A stretch of 64,000 nt of DNA from Calcarisporiella thermophila CBS 279.70 (taxonomy: Eukaryota > Fungi > Calcarisporiellomycota): positions 318,714-382,713 of the forward strand of contig NW_027192198.1 of NCBI RefSeq assembly GCF_041956535.1. The letters run 5' to 3'. A program made the translations under genes and the position numbers. Positions 28,801 through 41,983 of this stretch are shown piece after piece. Each line of letters opens with the position of its first letter. The first letter of the stretch is position 1. The notes under the pieces were generated by a model. It was not told the origin of the DNA and searched no databases. It saw only the letters and a list, made by a program, of their open reading frames with translations.

Positions 28801-31735
28801 ATGTAAGAATTTTGCGACGAGGTCCCTTGCTTGCTCTGTAGTGCCAAAGTATCCGACGAACGAGGGTGGATGGGGTTTCCAGTCCGACGCAAGGGAACAA
28901 AGTAGTGTCAAAACCGATACTGCAAGTACTGCGAGACCCTCACGACCCCAAGCTTCATCGAGGATGAAGGATGCGAGTACAAATACAATCTCTACGTTTT
29001 CTTTTCCGATCGTGCGCTCAAGTAGGATCTGCTCGAGTTGGGAAATACGACCCGCTCCAAGCACTTTGCGCATGGTCAATAGCATCTGAAGAAACCGTAG
29101 GGCATCGGTTATCACAGTTTCAACAACATCAGCTTCATGCGCACGACCACTAAGATATAGCTGGTCACGAATCTTAGGGCTCTTCACAACTGCATCCAAA
29201 AGGGGGCCAACATGATACAGACTTCCATCGTACAAGAAATTACGAATTACATGCACTTGTAATGAGCTCAGACTATCGTATTCGGTGGGCTCGTCCAAAC
29301 TCTTTGGAAGCCACGTGGTGTCGCGCAAAATGTTGGTAAAGATTTGGAGCATTTTGTGCCCGATCGAGAAGCGATCCGAGAGACGAACATATCGCCACCC
29401 GTTGTAAGCTGGAAACAATTCGTTCTGGATGTAGAGCAAACATGACGCGAGCACATTGATTTTAATGCGTGTAATATCGTCCATTTGGTCGGGATTGTTT
29501 GCGCGCGCGTCATCAAGCAGAGCAGCAACCAGATCCAGGAATGCAATGGTCACAGGATAATTGCCATAGTCGCGTTCGATCGATGTGATCAACTTTTGAA
29601 TCGATCCTTGACGTGAATCTATGCGCTTGAGACCGCCAATGACAGAGGTTTGCTGCAAATAACTCCAAATCAAGTTGGGAGAGCGTGGAACTGAGTATGT
29701 CAGGCATCGGACGCAACCTGCGACCAGTTTTTGTGGGAGCGGCGAAGTGGTTGCACATCGCGTGAGCAAAGGGAATATCCGTAGTATAAACTCAGAGTGC
29801 ATCTCATCGGTGACTATATTTAGTTCAGATCCATGTGACAACGAGCCGCTAAGTACCTCGACGATATCGGTGACCATCTCGATGGAGACCTTGCTGTCAT
29901 CGGTGGAATCGCTGGGGAGAGGTGACGTTTCGAGGAACGCATCAATCATGTTAAGGAAAAGCTGGATGCCGGAGTAGGCAAAATCCCAATGCACAATAAG
30001 TGGCTCATCTGGCATGGATACTATCTGTCCGATGGTGCCTGCCGGGATGATCAAGTTTTTAGTGCCCAGGGGCTTTAGTGTTAAGGGGGACCGTACACGC
30101 ACCAAGGACCCATCTCTTTCTATATCATCGGAGGGCGAGAGGAAATATGTGTAAGTTGGTATTTGCATGAGGTATTTCAGCGTGGCGTCAGCCGATACTT
30201 TGCTCTTGACCAGTGATCCAAGCAAGCGCATGAAAGGATGGAACTGCACAGGAAATCGAGCACGTGCAAGTTCAATAATGGGGAAGAGATTGGGCGCAGA
30301 TGCGGATGAGAAAGCTAGCTCCCAGATTCTATCAGCAATGGCAGGCACCATCTCGATCAAATCTGAGACACATTCCACGAGCGCGTCATAATTTGGTAGA
30401 TAAGAGACGCGAACCGTCGTAAATAGAACACGGAAAAGACCCTCTAAAACACCACGATAGCCCATAACCATTAGCTCTCCACTGACAAGAAAAGGGCTTT
30501 GGAGTAGAGCGAGCGTATAATTGAAGACGTCAAGCTTAAACGCACGTGCTGCCATTGCACGGAATGGCTCAATACCGCTGCTCTCTGCTGACGGGGTTTC
30601 TTTCCATCGCCTCCCTTTGAGCATCTGCTCGACCTCGCTATATGTAGTTGGGTATCCATTATCCTTCAATTCTTCCGCCAGATTCCATAGGAATATCGAC
30701 CAAGCAAGCATTGGGAGACTATGTTCCTGGGTGGTGCCCAGCCGCATCATGATTGTATTGACTTGCATGATGTGGTCCGGGGAGTATACTAATCTTTCAG
30801 CGGAGGGAGCTTCCGAGAAATTTAAGCTATGTACACCTTCAACATTGATTACCTCGACGGTGAGTACAATACACAATGTGATAATCTGTGCAGAAGTTGA
30901 GTGACATTCACTGTCGAAAGAGGTGATGTGCAGTTGTTTCTGTCCAAAATTAACCTCTTCAAACAGCTCAATCAGAGATTTAACAGTCGTTGCGCTCGGA
31001 TGTTCATGCACATAATAGAGGATGAAAAGAATATCAAGCAACGCTCTCTGCTCTTGTAATGAGTGCTTGATCCATAACGGTGAAAAGAGATTGCCTTCAA
31101 AATTTGTTGGGATTTTCTCCAAAATTTTGCGGCGGAATTGCGCAACAATTCTGTCGCCAAAATCTGTGCGTTCTCGTAGGCGATCGACAATATCTCGTGC
31201 AACCGAGTAATACGGAGAATCCTCTTCATCGCTGATACAAAGAAGCAGCCATACGGTTGAGAGTAGGTATTTTCGCTCCAAGAAATAGAAGGAAACAAAA
31301 TATTGCATGAATTGCTGATCGTAGTCAATCCGTGAAGATGGGGGATTGTTGCGTAGATACGACAGCAAAAGCCGACTTGTCTCTAGTTCGTCCAGTTGCA
31401 AGAACTTGCTGACTTGAAGAATAAATCGCCGCTCGTCCTGAGTAAGCGTGACACTCTTGCCTTCAAGTGTAATTTTGCCTGCTTGGACCTGAGCTCTTGC
31501 TTCCTTGCTAGGTTCCCCATAAGCATCGAGTTGTTTTTGGAGCTTATTGAATACTTTGTTGAGAGCATCGCCCACTGTCTCTTGCGGGTGGCGAGCCCTG
31601 CCTGAGTACAGAAATGCGAATAACGAGTCGAAAGAACTACACACAATTCAATGGTTAAGGAATAAGTTGTACAAAAAAAAAAGAATTTAAGAGGCAGAGA
31701 GATCGTTACTTTGCAAGATTTTCTACTACACTCAT
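25891..31735 (-). CDS. NUP188: Nucleoporin Nup188-like scaffold
   Basis: A 1917-aa helical ORF with FLQLDELE, FYFLERKYLL, RARFP..F.PF..LL and IERDYGNYPVTIAFLDL motifs. Short first exon MSVVENLA; an in-frame upstream ATG at 31813 is possible. Confidence 0.85.
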
Positions 31736-32395
31736 CTGAATCCCAAAGGCAGCCAAGAGACCGCTATTTAGGTCAGTGCTCGACCGACTAGTGTCGCTTA
31801 CATTAATTGCCATTAATATGGAATTTAATGAGAAGATCTAACGTGAAAATATAAGTAAGAAGCAATATCATTTGAGCAACGCTACAATGTTAGTCACCTT
31901 TTTACAACTAGAGCTTTAAAGCGATCGTATACACCCCCTCAACAATTAGAAATTGTGCCTAGAACCCGAGCGAATAAAACTAGGATCAACTGAATAACGT
32001 TGAGTTGATAACAGTGGTATAGGAAATGAATTGTTTTGCTTACTTGAACACTAGAATAATGGTGATATGTTAAGCAGATAATATTAAAATTCACTTCGCT
32101 CGAATTGGTTTGCGCACTCCATAAATTAAAAGACACTCTTAACAATACAGACGCGTAAAAATGACTATTGAATATGCCTACTAAGAAAATTTGCAAATAA
32201 AAAGTAGTCATTTTCTTTTCTCGCAAGCCACTCGAGTAAACAAAACATGTCCCCGCAAGCGCGAAAAAAAAATGTCTTCCTCTCTCTTTTTGCCATTCCT
32301 CCCAACAGTAAAAAAAACCCAGGAGCGCAAATATAAAGCACGTGTGCTTTTTCTGCGATTAACCACTTAAATTTGGAATCTATCAAGTTGGAAAT

Positions 32396-34478
32396 ATGAC
32401 TCTGGACGAACAGAAATCCCCTGTCGCAACAATGGTTGAACGCGTCTCTTGGGAATATTTTGTCTTGCTGGATTTCAAGACAAAACGCTCGGAGGAGAGC
32501 ATTTCAGGTCCAAAGGTAGGCCTTTCTCCTCTTAGCTAACTCTGGTTGAAAACAGCCACCGGTAGCAATCGGACATTGGAATTGGTTCGCAGAGCTCATT
32601 TGGAAATATTCTGTTTTTAGGCCCAAGTTATTACCGAATTATCGTGGTTGATAATGAATCTTACGAACCCCGAAAACGAATTCACGGAAAAGTATCGTGC
32701 CTCTGTCAACACACAAGAGTCAGATAACACTTCTCCCGCACACACATTAGCCGATGCTCTTTCCCTGTTGAGTAATCACTTGGCTGCACTTGACGGCACA
32801 AAGTACTGCTTTGTTACCTATGCAGGATGGTTTCTACGCACATTTTTGCCTGCCGAAGCAAAGCGCTGTGGAATTAAACTTCCTGCCAACCTCGCTCAGC
32901 CTCGTATCTTTGATGTCTTCCAAGAATCCCAAAAATGGCTGGAGGTTCGAGGAGGATCTTCTCCGCCCTATTGCAATGGCATTGCATCACTGTACGAACT
33001 TGCGAATACTCTAGAGGTAGAAAGCGACGCAGCAGATGAATGTCTAACAATGGCGCGTATTGTGCGTGCCCTTCTTGTGAAGCCCGAGCGACCGCTATTC
33101 AACATGCCTGAAGAGCCCGCAGCCGAACAAGAGCGTTTTTTGCGCGAGGAAAGCGTAGTGGTGCGAATTGCCAATTTACCACATGATGTATCGCACACAG
33201 AACTTGATTCTTGGTTTCGTGCGGACACTAATCTACGACCGACGACCTTCTGGATGGTTCGAACGGCTGACAATCAACGACCGAGTGGACATGGACTCGC
33301 GGTGTTTGCGACCCATACAGACGCTCTCTCCAGTTTGTCCCTCGACGGGAGTTACCTAAACGACCGAGTAATCGAGATTAGGCCGGGAAGTCAGCGAATG
33401 GTTGATGATGCTGGGTCTACTTTGGCTCCTTTTCCGGTAAATGTTGCTTATTTTTTAGGTGAATTGCAATATTGGCAACGTGGTGGCTAATATACTATTC
33501 TCTATATTTAAGATGGGCCCACGTAATCGCCATCGACCCGGCGACTGGACTTGCGACTGTTGCCAATTCCATAATTTTGCCGCCCGCCGTACTTGCCTTC
33601 GCTGCAACTCTTCACTGCGTAATTCCACTACCCCTCCAAACTTTGCTCCAGGAGATTGGATTTGCCCTAACCCTGGCTGTCATTTCCACAACTACGCCTC
33701 TCGCTCACAATGTCTACGGTGTAGCACTCTACGACCAGGCATCCCTCCAGGGACCGCTCTGATGTTCCCTGGCAATCCGTCTGGTGGCGGAGCGGCCTCA
33801 GGATTCCGTCCAGGTGACTGGATTTGTCCAAATCCGGGGTGCCAATTCCAGAACTTTGCCTCTCGATTGCAGTGTCTTAGGTGCTGTGCTCCCGCTCAAG
33901 CCTTCCCTCCTGACATTTACGGAGGGTATTCTTCGGCTCCTCTTCCACCACATATGCTAACATTTAGGCCTGGTGACTGGCTCTGTCCAAAATGTCATTT
34001 GCATAATTTTGCATCCAGAATGCAATGCTTACGATGCACAACCCACCGCCCTCCTATGGGTCCACCTCCACCACCACAGCCAGTTAATGGTTTTGCTCCT
34101 CCTGATCAATCGTCTCCTCCTCCGCCGCCTCCTATGCAGAACGGTGCTCACCCTGCCCCTCCTCCCCCTCCTCCTCCACCTCCGCCTATGTATTATCCAG
34201 CTATGCCTATGCCGCCCCAATCCTTGATGATTGTACCGAATGCAGGGGCGAATGGTAATGGGAGCGGATTGATGAAGCGTGGAGACTGGCTGTGCCAGAA
34301 CAAAGAATGTGGTTATCATAATTTTGCAAAACGGAACCAGTGTGCAAAGTGTGGAGGACCGGCTGTTGCAGGAGCGCGGACTAATCATTCTCACCCCCCT
34401 CCTCCTCCAACCTGGAACGTTCCACCCCAGTTCGTGAATGGTAACGGTCCCCACCAGTTGTTGGTGCCAGGTTACTAA
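32396..34478 (+). CDS. Nrp1/Dri1-like RNA-binding protein: degenerate exonuclease-like domain, RRM, five RanBP2 zinc fingers
   Basis: Three exons. YFVLLDFKT N-terminal domain, RRM (VVRIANLP..GHGLAVF) and five GDW-x-C..HNFA..C-x2-C fingers. Confidence 0.88.
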
Positions 34479-35007
34479 AATAATTCTTTTACTATCCCCT
34501 TTTTTTCCTTTTGCATTGTTTCCTTTTATCTCTCCCCTTTGCAATTTGCCATTTACTTTAAAAAAATTAGTTAGGTTTTAATTTTTTTTCCCCATTTTTT
34601 CTTTCGCTCCGATATTAGAGGTGAAATGGTTGTATTTTCTTTTTTAATTTTATCCCTGTGAATTACCCCATACTCCTCTAATATCAGCACTATATTCTTT
34701 ATATTACGCCTCCGCCTTCGTTTCCTTTTTTTTTAAAAATTTCAAAATTTTCCTCCCATTTCTTTCTCCTGCTTCTGTGCTCATAAAAAGATTTGAAAAA
34801 GCGCCTGTAAAAGTTTTCTCTTTATGCCTTCTTTGCTGGTTTTCTTTTTCCTTTTTTCTTTGTATGTTTATTACTTTCTGCAGGCACTTTCGCTTATCAC
34901 ATATCTGTTTAATAAAATTTTGTATGTTTTATGTTCAGATGAACCATGGATCTCTATATTATTTTTTATTTGGTTTGTTTTACTTGCATTCTCATTATAT
35001 TTTCGTT

Positions 35008-36215
35008 CTAGATGGTGCCCGTTCGATATGCATTCCACAACTCTAGGGGAAGCTTCCAATCCTTAGACGCTAAGCTAGGATCATATACGTTGAAATCACT
35101 TTTTTCTAGGCGTAACAGGTAATTTCTCGAAGGAATGGCGTGTAAAAAGGCAGGTAAGGCTCTGGAGGTTGTCTTTGAGAAAAGGGAGCGCGAGTGCTGA
35201 AGATGGGAATGGGCAGCGGAAGCTACTTCGAATACAGCATCTTGGAGTTCATGAGAGTTGCCATTACGAAAAACATCCTCTTGTGAGACATTGTGCTAGA
35301 TATAACAATAGCATCCCTTATTCATACTCGAGTTTAGCTCCATATATAATATATAAAAGTAATACCTTGGCAGAAGTTTCAACTGGTAAAACAAGCCTTC
35401 GCTGGCTTGCATGAAAGGGTAAAGATCGCAACATGGTTGCAATCCCGACGGCCTTTCCAAGATGGCTTGCAATGTGATCTGCATCTATGTCGTGAACCCC
35501 CAACATCTCCAGTGAGAGATATATTAAACAGGAAGCAGTATGCTCAGCGTAAGTTTCCATATCCGCAGTCGTTATATACTGAGGGTCTTCAAGATTCTCT
35601 TCCTACAAAAAATGTACAAATTCAAGCTATTGTCTCAAAACAGAGGGGAATACGTTCAAGCTAATCATACTCTGGCAGTAACAAGTCGCTTGAACCAACT
35701 CGAAGACAATTTCAAGTCCTGTAAAGAGTGCGCCAAAGATAATGCAACTGGATGATGTGGAGGATTATTCTGAGATGGATAAATAACTTAGTGATATGTA
35801 TATATCATTCTCTAGAGACACGATTTATACCGCGTAAATTTGATCAATAGCATCTCGCCAAAACTGCATTCTCATTTTCCCAGATAGCGGATTGGATACT
35901 TGTTCTCTTACACTTGCCAATTCAATGTTAAAGGCTCTAAGAGCCAACTGAGCCGATCTTAGCGAACCCGGGTAAAATAAGGATACAAGATAGTTCTCAT
36001 AATCGTGCTTTCTAATTACATAACACACATTCATTGTAAAAGTGAATTGTTTATCCAGAGGAGACCATATACCTAACCAGATCTTTACAATATGTTTGTG
36101 CAGCGCGCAATTTTGCAGCATCATTTAAAGTCGTTGAAAAAGAGCGGGGATGAAACGAGAAATGTAGCCGATGCCATTGTGACAATGCTCGTGATTGAGC
36201 CCAAGAATTGAGCAT
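35008..36215 (-). CDS. NDUFAF6: Complex I assembly factor NDUFAF6 (squalene/phytoene synthase fold), spliced
   Basis: YCKDLVRKHDYENY, ALRAFNIELA, MRMQFWRDAI, PPHHPVA, ETYAEHTAS, ASHLGKAVGI, DAVFEVA, DFNVYDP. Mitochondrial presequence. Confidence 0.92.
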
Positions 36216-37029
36216 ACTTAGGACGGCAATAGGACGGTTGTTTTACTTTCCGAGGACATTTCACTCAATTGTGACTTCCAAATTGATGAATATGAAATAG
36301 TTTGGATGTAAGATAAAAAATGATCAGAAAATCATATAACATGCAAGTGACGTAAAATGTAACTAAGAATAGTTCACACAAAGCTTAACATATAGGTGAT
36401 TATATTGCAACTGAAATACCTCAATTATACTGAAGAACGATGAACTTTTTAGACCAAATTCAGATTTAATGATAATCAGTGAAAGTATAATAGCATAATA
36501 ATTATCTTAAAGCTCAGATATGTAGGCTATATTTTTTCGTTGTGGTCATTTGCCGTCGAGGTTGTTTATACGGTAGGACAATTAAGCTCGGTGCATGTGA
36601 AGTTTTCTTTAAATCGGGCATGAATATATGAGACGGAAGATATGTCTGTATAGTAATTTGAACAGATCTACGCTCATTTATATCGCTTAGGCTATCGTTT
36701 AGGATTGTCGGTTTACATATGGAAGTCAAAAGAATTTCCAGTTCAACACCACAAACTATTATCTCAATTTTCGCTGTTGCAGAAATATGTCATATTCAAA
36801 TGTGACCGTGAATGAAAAGGCGCTGGATAAATTGGGAACATTGGTTACGCCCAGTAAGCCCTATGAGATTCCATCCAAGGACTGCTATTTTTTGGAAGCT
36901 TAGCGCCTCATACGGGTCGAAATCGAACATAAATAGGTATCCATCACGCAAATTTTGCCAAAACCTTTTCTCTTTATAATCTATACGTATTAGCAAAGCG
37001 AAAAGAGAAATAATATACTGTTCTACAAT

Positions 37030-38566
37030 ATGTCCAAAACTACTTACAGCAAGCAGGAGATTACTTCAACAGATAATAGTCAAATATCGCCCGCCAAATC
37101 CTTTGCAGAAGCTATAAAGCAAGATCCAACAGAGCGCTCACAACACGGATGGGAAAATGCAACAGGCAATAACGCATACGGTGGAGATACCATGAGTGCA
37201 ACTGGCACAAATGAAATGGACCACAGAAATAGGCCAGTAAGGGTATCAAAAGAAAGCGACCCAACTCCAGCGGAAGCGGTCAAGAAAGGATTGAATTCCA
37301 CGGAGGAGGTCCCTGATGATTTGAGTGAAATGCCAAGCGTTAAAGAAATGGTTGAAGAAAGCCCATCAATAAAGACAGGGGTAGAAAGTCGCCCAGGCAA
37401 TGAGTCTTATGCAGATGTCGCGTCTGCTCAACCAATTCCAAAGGGTCTGAAGCGTTCTGATTTCCCAAAACCGACAGAATCTTATGGTAATGGAAAGGAA
37501 AAGAGTGGTTTGAGCAAAGGCAGAAATATCGAAAGTAAGATAAACGATAATCTTCTATATTTTGTAACATATTCCCCCATAATTCATATCTGATTCCTTA
37601 GGAAAAAAAGTCGATGATAAATCCTTCGCAGGTGTCGCATCTTCCAATCTTGATAAGGCACCACTGGCTCCACAGCCAAAACCGATCGAAAAACCAGAAG
37701 CCAATGTGTCTAGTAATGATATGTATTCCGAAAGTAAAGTGATGACACAAGAAGGGAGGGCAAACGCCGTTGATAGCGAAGAGAATAGGATTCCTGCCGC
37801 GATGCAAAGGTCGCGTGTTCCTGAAAGTGAACCTGAGCCCACTTCGAAGGCACCATCTCTGCAAGCAAAGAGTGCTTCCGAGAGCAAACAAAACAAAAAA
37901 CAGGAAGAGACTTCTCTGGTCAAGCATTTACGCTTCTTCGACCGACGTAACACTGGGGCGATTACAATCTTTGACACTTTCCTACAGCTGCACTCTATTG
38001 GGTTGGGCATATTAGCTGCGATCCCCACCACATTCCTCATCCACTTCAAGTACTCGCCCGCTACCTCCCCTTACAAGTTCCCATTTTTATACCATAACCC
38101 TCTGCACCTCATTACGCTCCCCATCTATATTTCTTATATTGACAAAGCTAGAATTGCACATCAATCTGGTGCATACGATGAATCCGGAAAAAAGGACCCA
38201 TCACGAGCCCATTCTTTGGTGCGCCGCTACGGCAGAAAAGTTACTGTGCGCCCGAGGAGAAGATGGATCTTTTGGAAGGAAAAGTTTACGCCCTTTACCG
38301 TCACCGGCTTCGGTTATTTCGATGGATGGCGCCTCACCAATGCCCAGCACAAATGGTATGATGTAACCGGGTGGTTCATGTCAAAATTGATGTGGACTGT
38401 GACATATCTCTTATTACGCGACCCAGCAAGTGGCTTGGTGACTTCCGAGGCATGGGAGAAATGTTTAGATGGATCTATCTTTTACAGAATCCAGGATGGT
38501 ATTGCAGAAAAGAAAAAGGCTGGAAAGAGAAGGATGCTATTAGAACCGGAGCGTATCCAAGTATAA
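37030..38566 (+). CDS. Caleosin-like lipid-droplet protein with long disordered N-terminus
   Basis: Intron 37535-37601 joins the two ORFs in frame. LVKHLRFFDRRNTGAITIFDT (EF-hand-like), hydrophobic/proline-knot segment, SGAYDESG, LDGSIFY. Confidence 0.8.
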
Positions 38567-38841
38567 CAAATGAATCTAATTTTGGATTTGTGTAATGAAA
38601 CTAATAATTACAAGTGTAAAAACACGGGGACATTATCTGCTGGTACTTTGAGTTTTTTCTAGTAATAGGTATCATAGAATATGAATAATATTAAATTTTA
38701 TATTTCAATAAAAAAAAAAGGAGTAATATTGAATGAGAAATATGAATTTAAATGGTTTGTTCAATATTCAACGAGAAAAACAAGGAAACGAAATCAAGTA
38801 CAATCATTCAATAAAAAATTCCAAAAAAAAGTGAGTCTATA

Positions 38842-41728
38842 TTAGTTATTTTTAACAACCTTTGAGAGCACTACTTGGACTGTGTCCTCGCCTTTTAAAT
38901 CCGATTTCGCCGCCGGGCTTACATCCGTCTCGCTCTTCTCGGTAAACTTCTTGCTCACTTGATCATTGGTACCTGAGTTGTCTTTACCGCTCACCCAGTC
39001 CATATTTTCGAGTTGAGGGGCGTAGGCGGCGGCATATCTCTTCCCCTCATTAAAAGGACTGCGGTTTCCCTCCCAGCTAGGTACGCGAAATTTTGTACGA
39101 TCCCGCTCCGTTGTATGCATTTGAGAAAGAGGCTGCGCTAACAATCTGTTTGTAGCTGTTAATTTGCTACGGATTGGGAGGGCGAACTTCTTTGGTTCAG
39201 GCGGAGGCTGCATAGTAAATTCGGGAGAATCTAAATCCATATCTTGCGCGCCCTCTGGATCAGCACCCTTTCCTACATGCTTGTCCTTTGCAAGATTTTC
39301 ATTCCTGCCTCGTGGTGGACTAATATCTCGGACTTCATTCTTCGCGTGTTTTCGAGTTTCAGGAGAGCGTCTCCTCCTGCGCCCACTACTTCTACTTCTG
39401 CTTCTACTACGGCTACGAGAATATGACGCTAAACTCTCTGTTGAACTTCTCGAGCGGGACCGTGACCGAGAGAGGGATCTATACCGCGAGGATGTCACTG
39501 AAGGAGAACGAGAGTAAGAACGCGAGCGATATCTTTTTTTATAATATCTTCGCCTTGGGCTATGCGTGTAACTTTCACGAGATAGAGAGCGCGACCGGGA
39601 ACGGTATTGAGATTTCCTATAAGAGCGACCTCTTCCGTATGGACTTGCTCGATCATGATATCTATGGCTAGCTCTATCTCTGGAGCTTGATCTTGACCGA
39701 CTATAGTCGCGTCTGTACGGCTTATCACGATAGTGAGCACGGTTTTTTCTAAAATCAAAACCGCGACGACCATCAGGATCATATCTTCCGCCAGAATAAT
39801 CGTGATAACCACGAGATCTAGATCGTTCACGGTCATATCTCTTCTTGTCTCTGGATCGTGATCGGCCATCCTTCCTTTTCCATGGTCTGTTATCGCGTGA
39901 GAGTCTACGGGGGTTGGGTGCATGATAGCGTGATGATGGAGGCGAGCGTGCATGAACAGACCTGCGATCTCGGCTGATGCTCCTGCTGCGGCTACGGTTG
40001 TACTTGGAGTTTTGCATATTCGAATGAGGAACATTTGCAGAAGCCGTAGCAGGTTCATTTGTCGAATATTTATCCAATGTGGTGGTGTGTTTAAGGGATG
40101 GAGGCGGGATATCAACAGATGGAGATCCGACACCAGAAAAATTTACAGCAGGGTGTGAGGGTGGTAGAGAAGGAGGAGGGGGGAGGGTAGAGGGGGGGGG
40201 GCGGAGGAGGGGCATGAGGGCGCTCGACAGGCGCAGGAGGCGGGTGGGGTTCACGACTATGATGCGATCGAGGGGCTGTAGGTAAGGATATGGAAAGAGG
40301 GTGGGTATTATCATGTTTTTTGGCTCGCTTTTTCTCTGTACTTGAGACCATATTTGTTTGAGTGACATTCTGCCGGTGGTGATCAATAAGGGCTCCGAAC
40401 ATTTCTTCGGGCGTCGGGGACACAAAATCGTATTTCGACTAAGCGAAGTGTTGAAAGTCGAGTAAGATTCAGAAGAGCCATGGTAAGTCGTGAGTGTGAA
40501 CATACCTTTTGGTTGCCCTGACGCTTCTTTTGCGAGGTTATTTGCAAGTATTTCTTAGCATTCACGTGAGATGGGTCCAGTTCCAGTGCTTTTTGAAGAT
40601 CGTTAACAGCATTGTCCCATTGCCCCATATTAGCGTATCTAAAATAAGTGCGAGTGGTTATATTCAGTTGAAGTCAACAAGAGAGAGAATAATTGTAAGG
40701 CACTAACGCTGCTCCTCTAGCAACAAAGGCATCTGGATATTCGGCACATACTCGGATTGCATTATTGTACTGTTGGATGGCTTTTTCAAAATCGTGTTCT
40801 CGAGCATGTTCATTTCCAGTTTTTATACTAAGCACAAAATGTTTAATGATAAGCAAACTATAATTAAACTCATATTAGTAATTACCAATCATTTGCCCAT
40901 CTAATATTTTGTTCTTCGCGTAAACGCATGTAAGTAGGCTTCCCCGTGGAATCACTAGAAAAAAAAAATAAGCAAAGAAAATTAACATCACTGCAATACA
41001 ACCAACGGAAGATACCCTAAAATCGAAAGTTGCTTAGGAATTCATTAAACATTGTTATGAAAACTTACTAAACATGGTGGGGTTGTGATGGTGCATCGCC
41101 CATAAGATTGCGATTTAATTGAGAAGTGTCGATCCCAAACATTTCTGCCAGATGAAAAGCATGAAAAGGATTACGGAGTAGTTGGACGTCATTATCCAAC
41201 GCTTCTCGCATTCGATACCATTTGCTAGGAGGGAGCTTTTTCATATCCGGAAGATGGTATTCGCCTGAAGAGATTAGGGAATAAGCTTGAATATACTGAC
41301 GAATCAACATTAAATAATCATGCCAATTGAATCATACCGTCAGGCGTTCCGAATTTTTCTTCACAATTTTTTACGATTGCCTTGACTTCGGCTGCTACAC
41401 CCGGTAATTGCAACCATGTCTCGATACGAGAATCTAGGCTCCGTTTGATTTCATCGGCTTTTTCTCGATCTCGTTTTAGATGTTTCTCGCGCTCAAGTCG
41501 TTGTTGATCAATATGATTACTCGCTGGTGAGGACAACTGATGTTGCGGCGTGTTTTGTGGTGTTGGCGTTTTTGCTGGTGAAGCGGGTGGGATCAAGGAG
41601 AAGATATCAAGACTCTTGCCAGTTGAGCGATCATGTATTGAGGATTTAGCTGGTGTTTGATGAGTGGAGGCACCATCGCCTACGCCGCCACCGTCCGGGT
41701 TAATATAAGACGGTCTTGATGTAGACAT
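38842..41728 (-). CDS. TPR protein with RS-rich C-terminus (TTC14-like), apparent frameshift near 40180-40201
   Basis: TPR repeats (AIQQYNNAI..DAFVARGAA..AVNDLQKALELDPSHVNAKKYL) followed by a long RS region. Confidence 0.75.
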
Positions 41729-41983
41729 TGGCGGATGTAACACTGATCATTCAATATAAGTTTCAAAAAATTCTTTGAGCTCTCCTAACCACTCCAGCGA
41801 TCAAAGAAGAGCAAGAAGTTATAATTGTGTGCTTCTGGCTTCAACCAGCAGATGTGGCTTATCCAATTGGCGGATCAATATTGAAAGCATAGTTACAGCG
41901 AATAAATAAAAATGACATATCTATAGAACTTTGTGTTAACACTCATTTGCAGAAGCAATTTTCGGCAAATACACACACTGACA

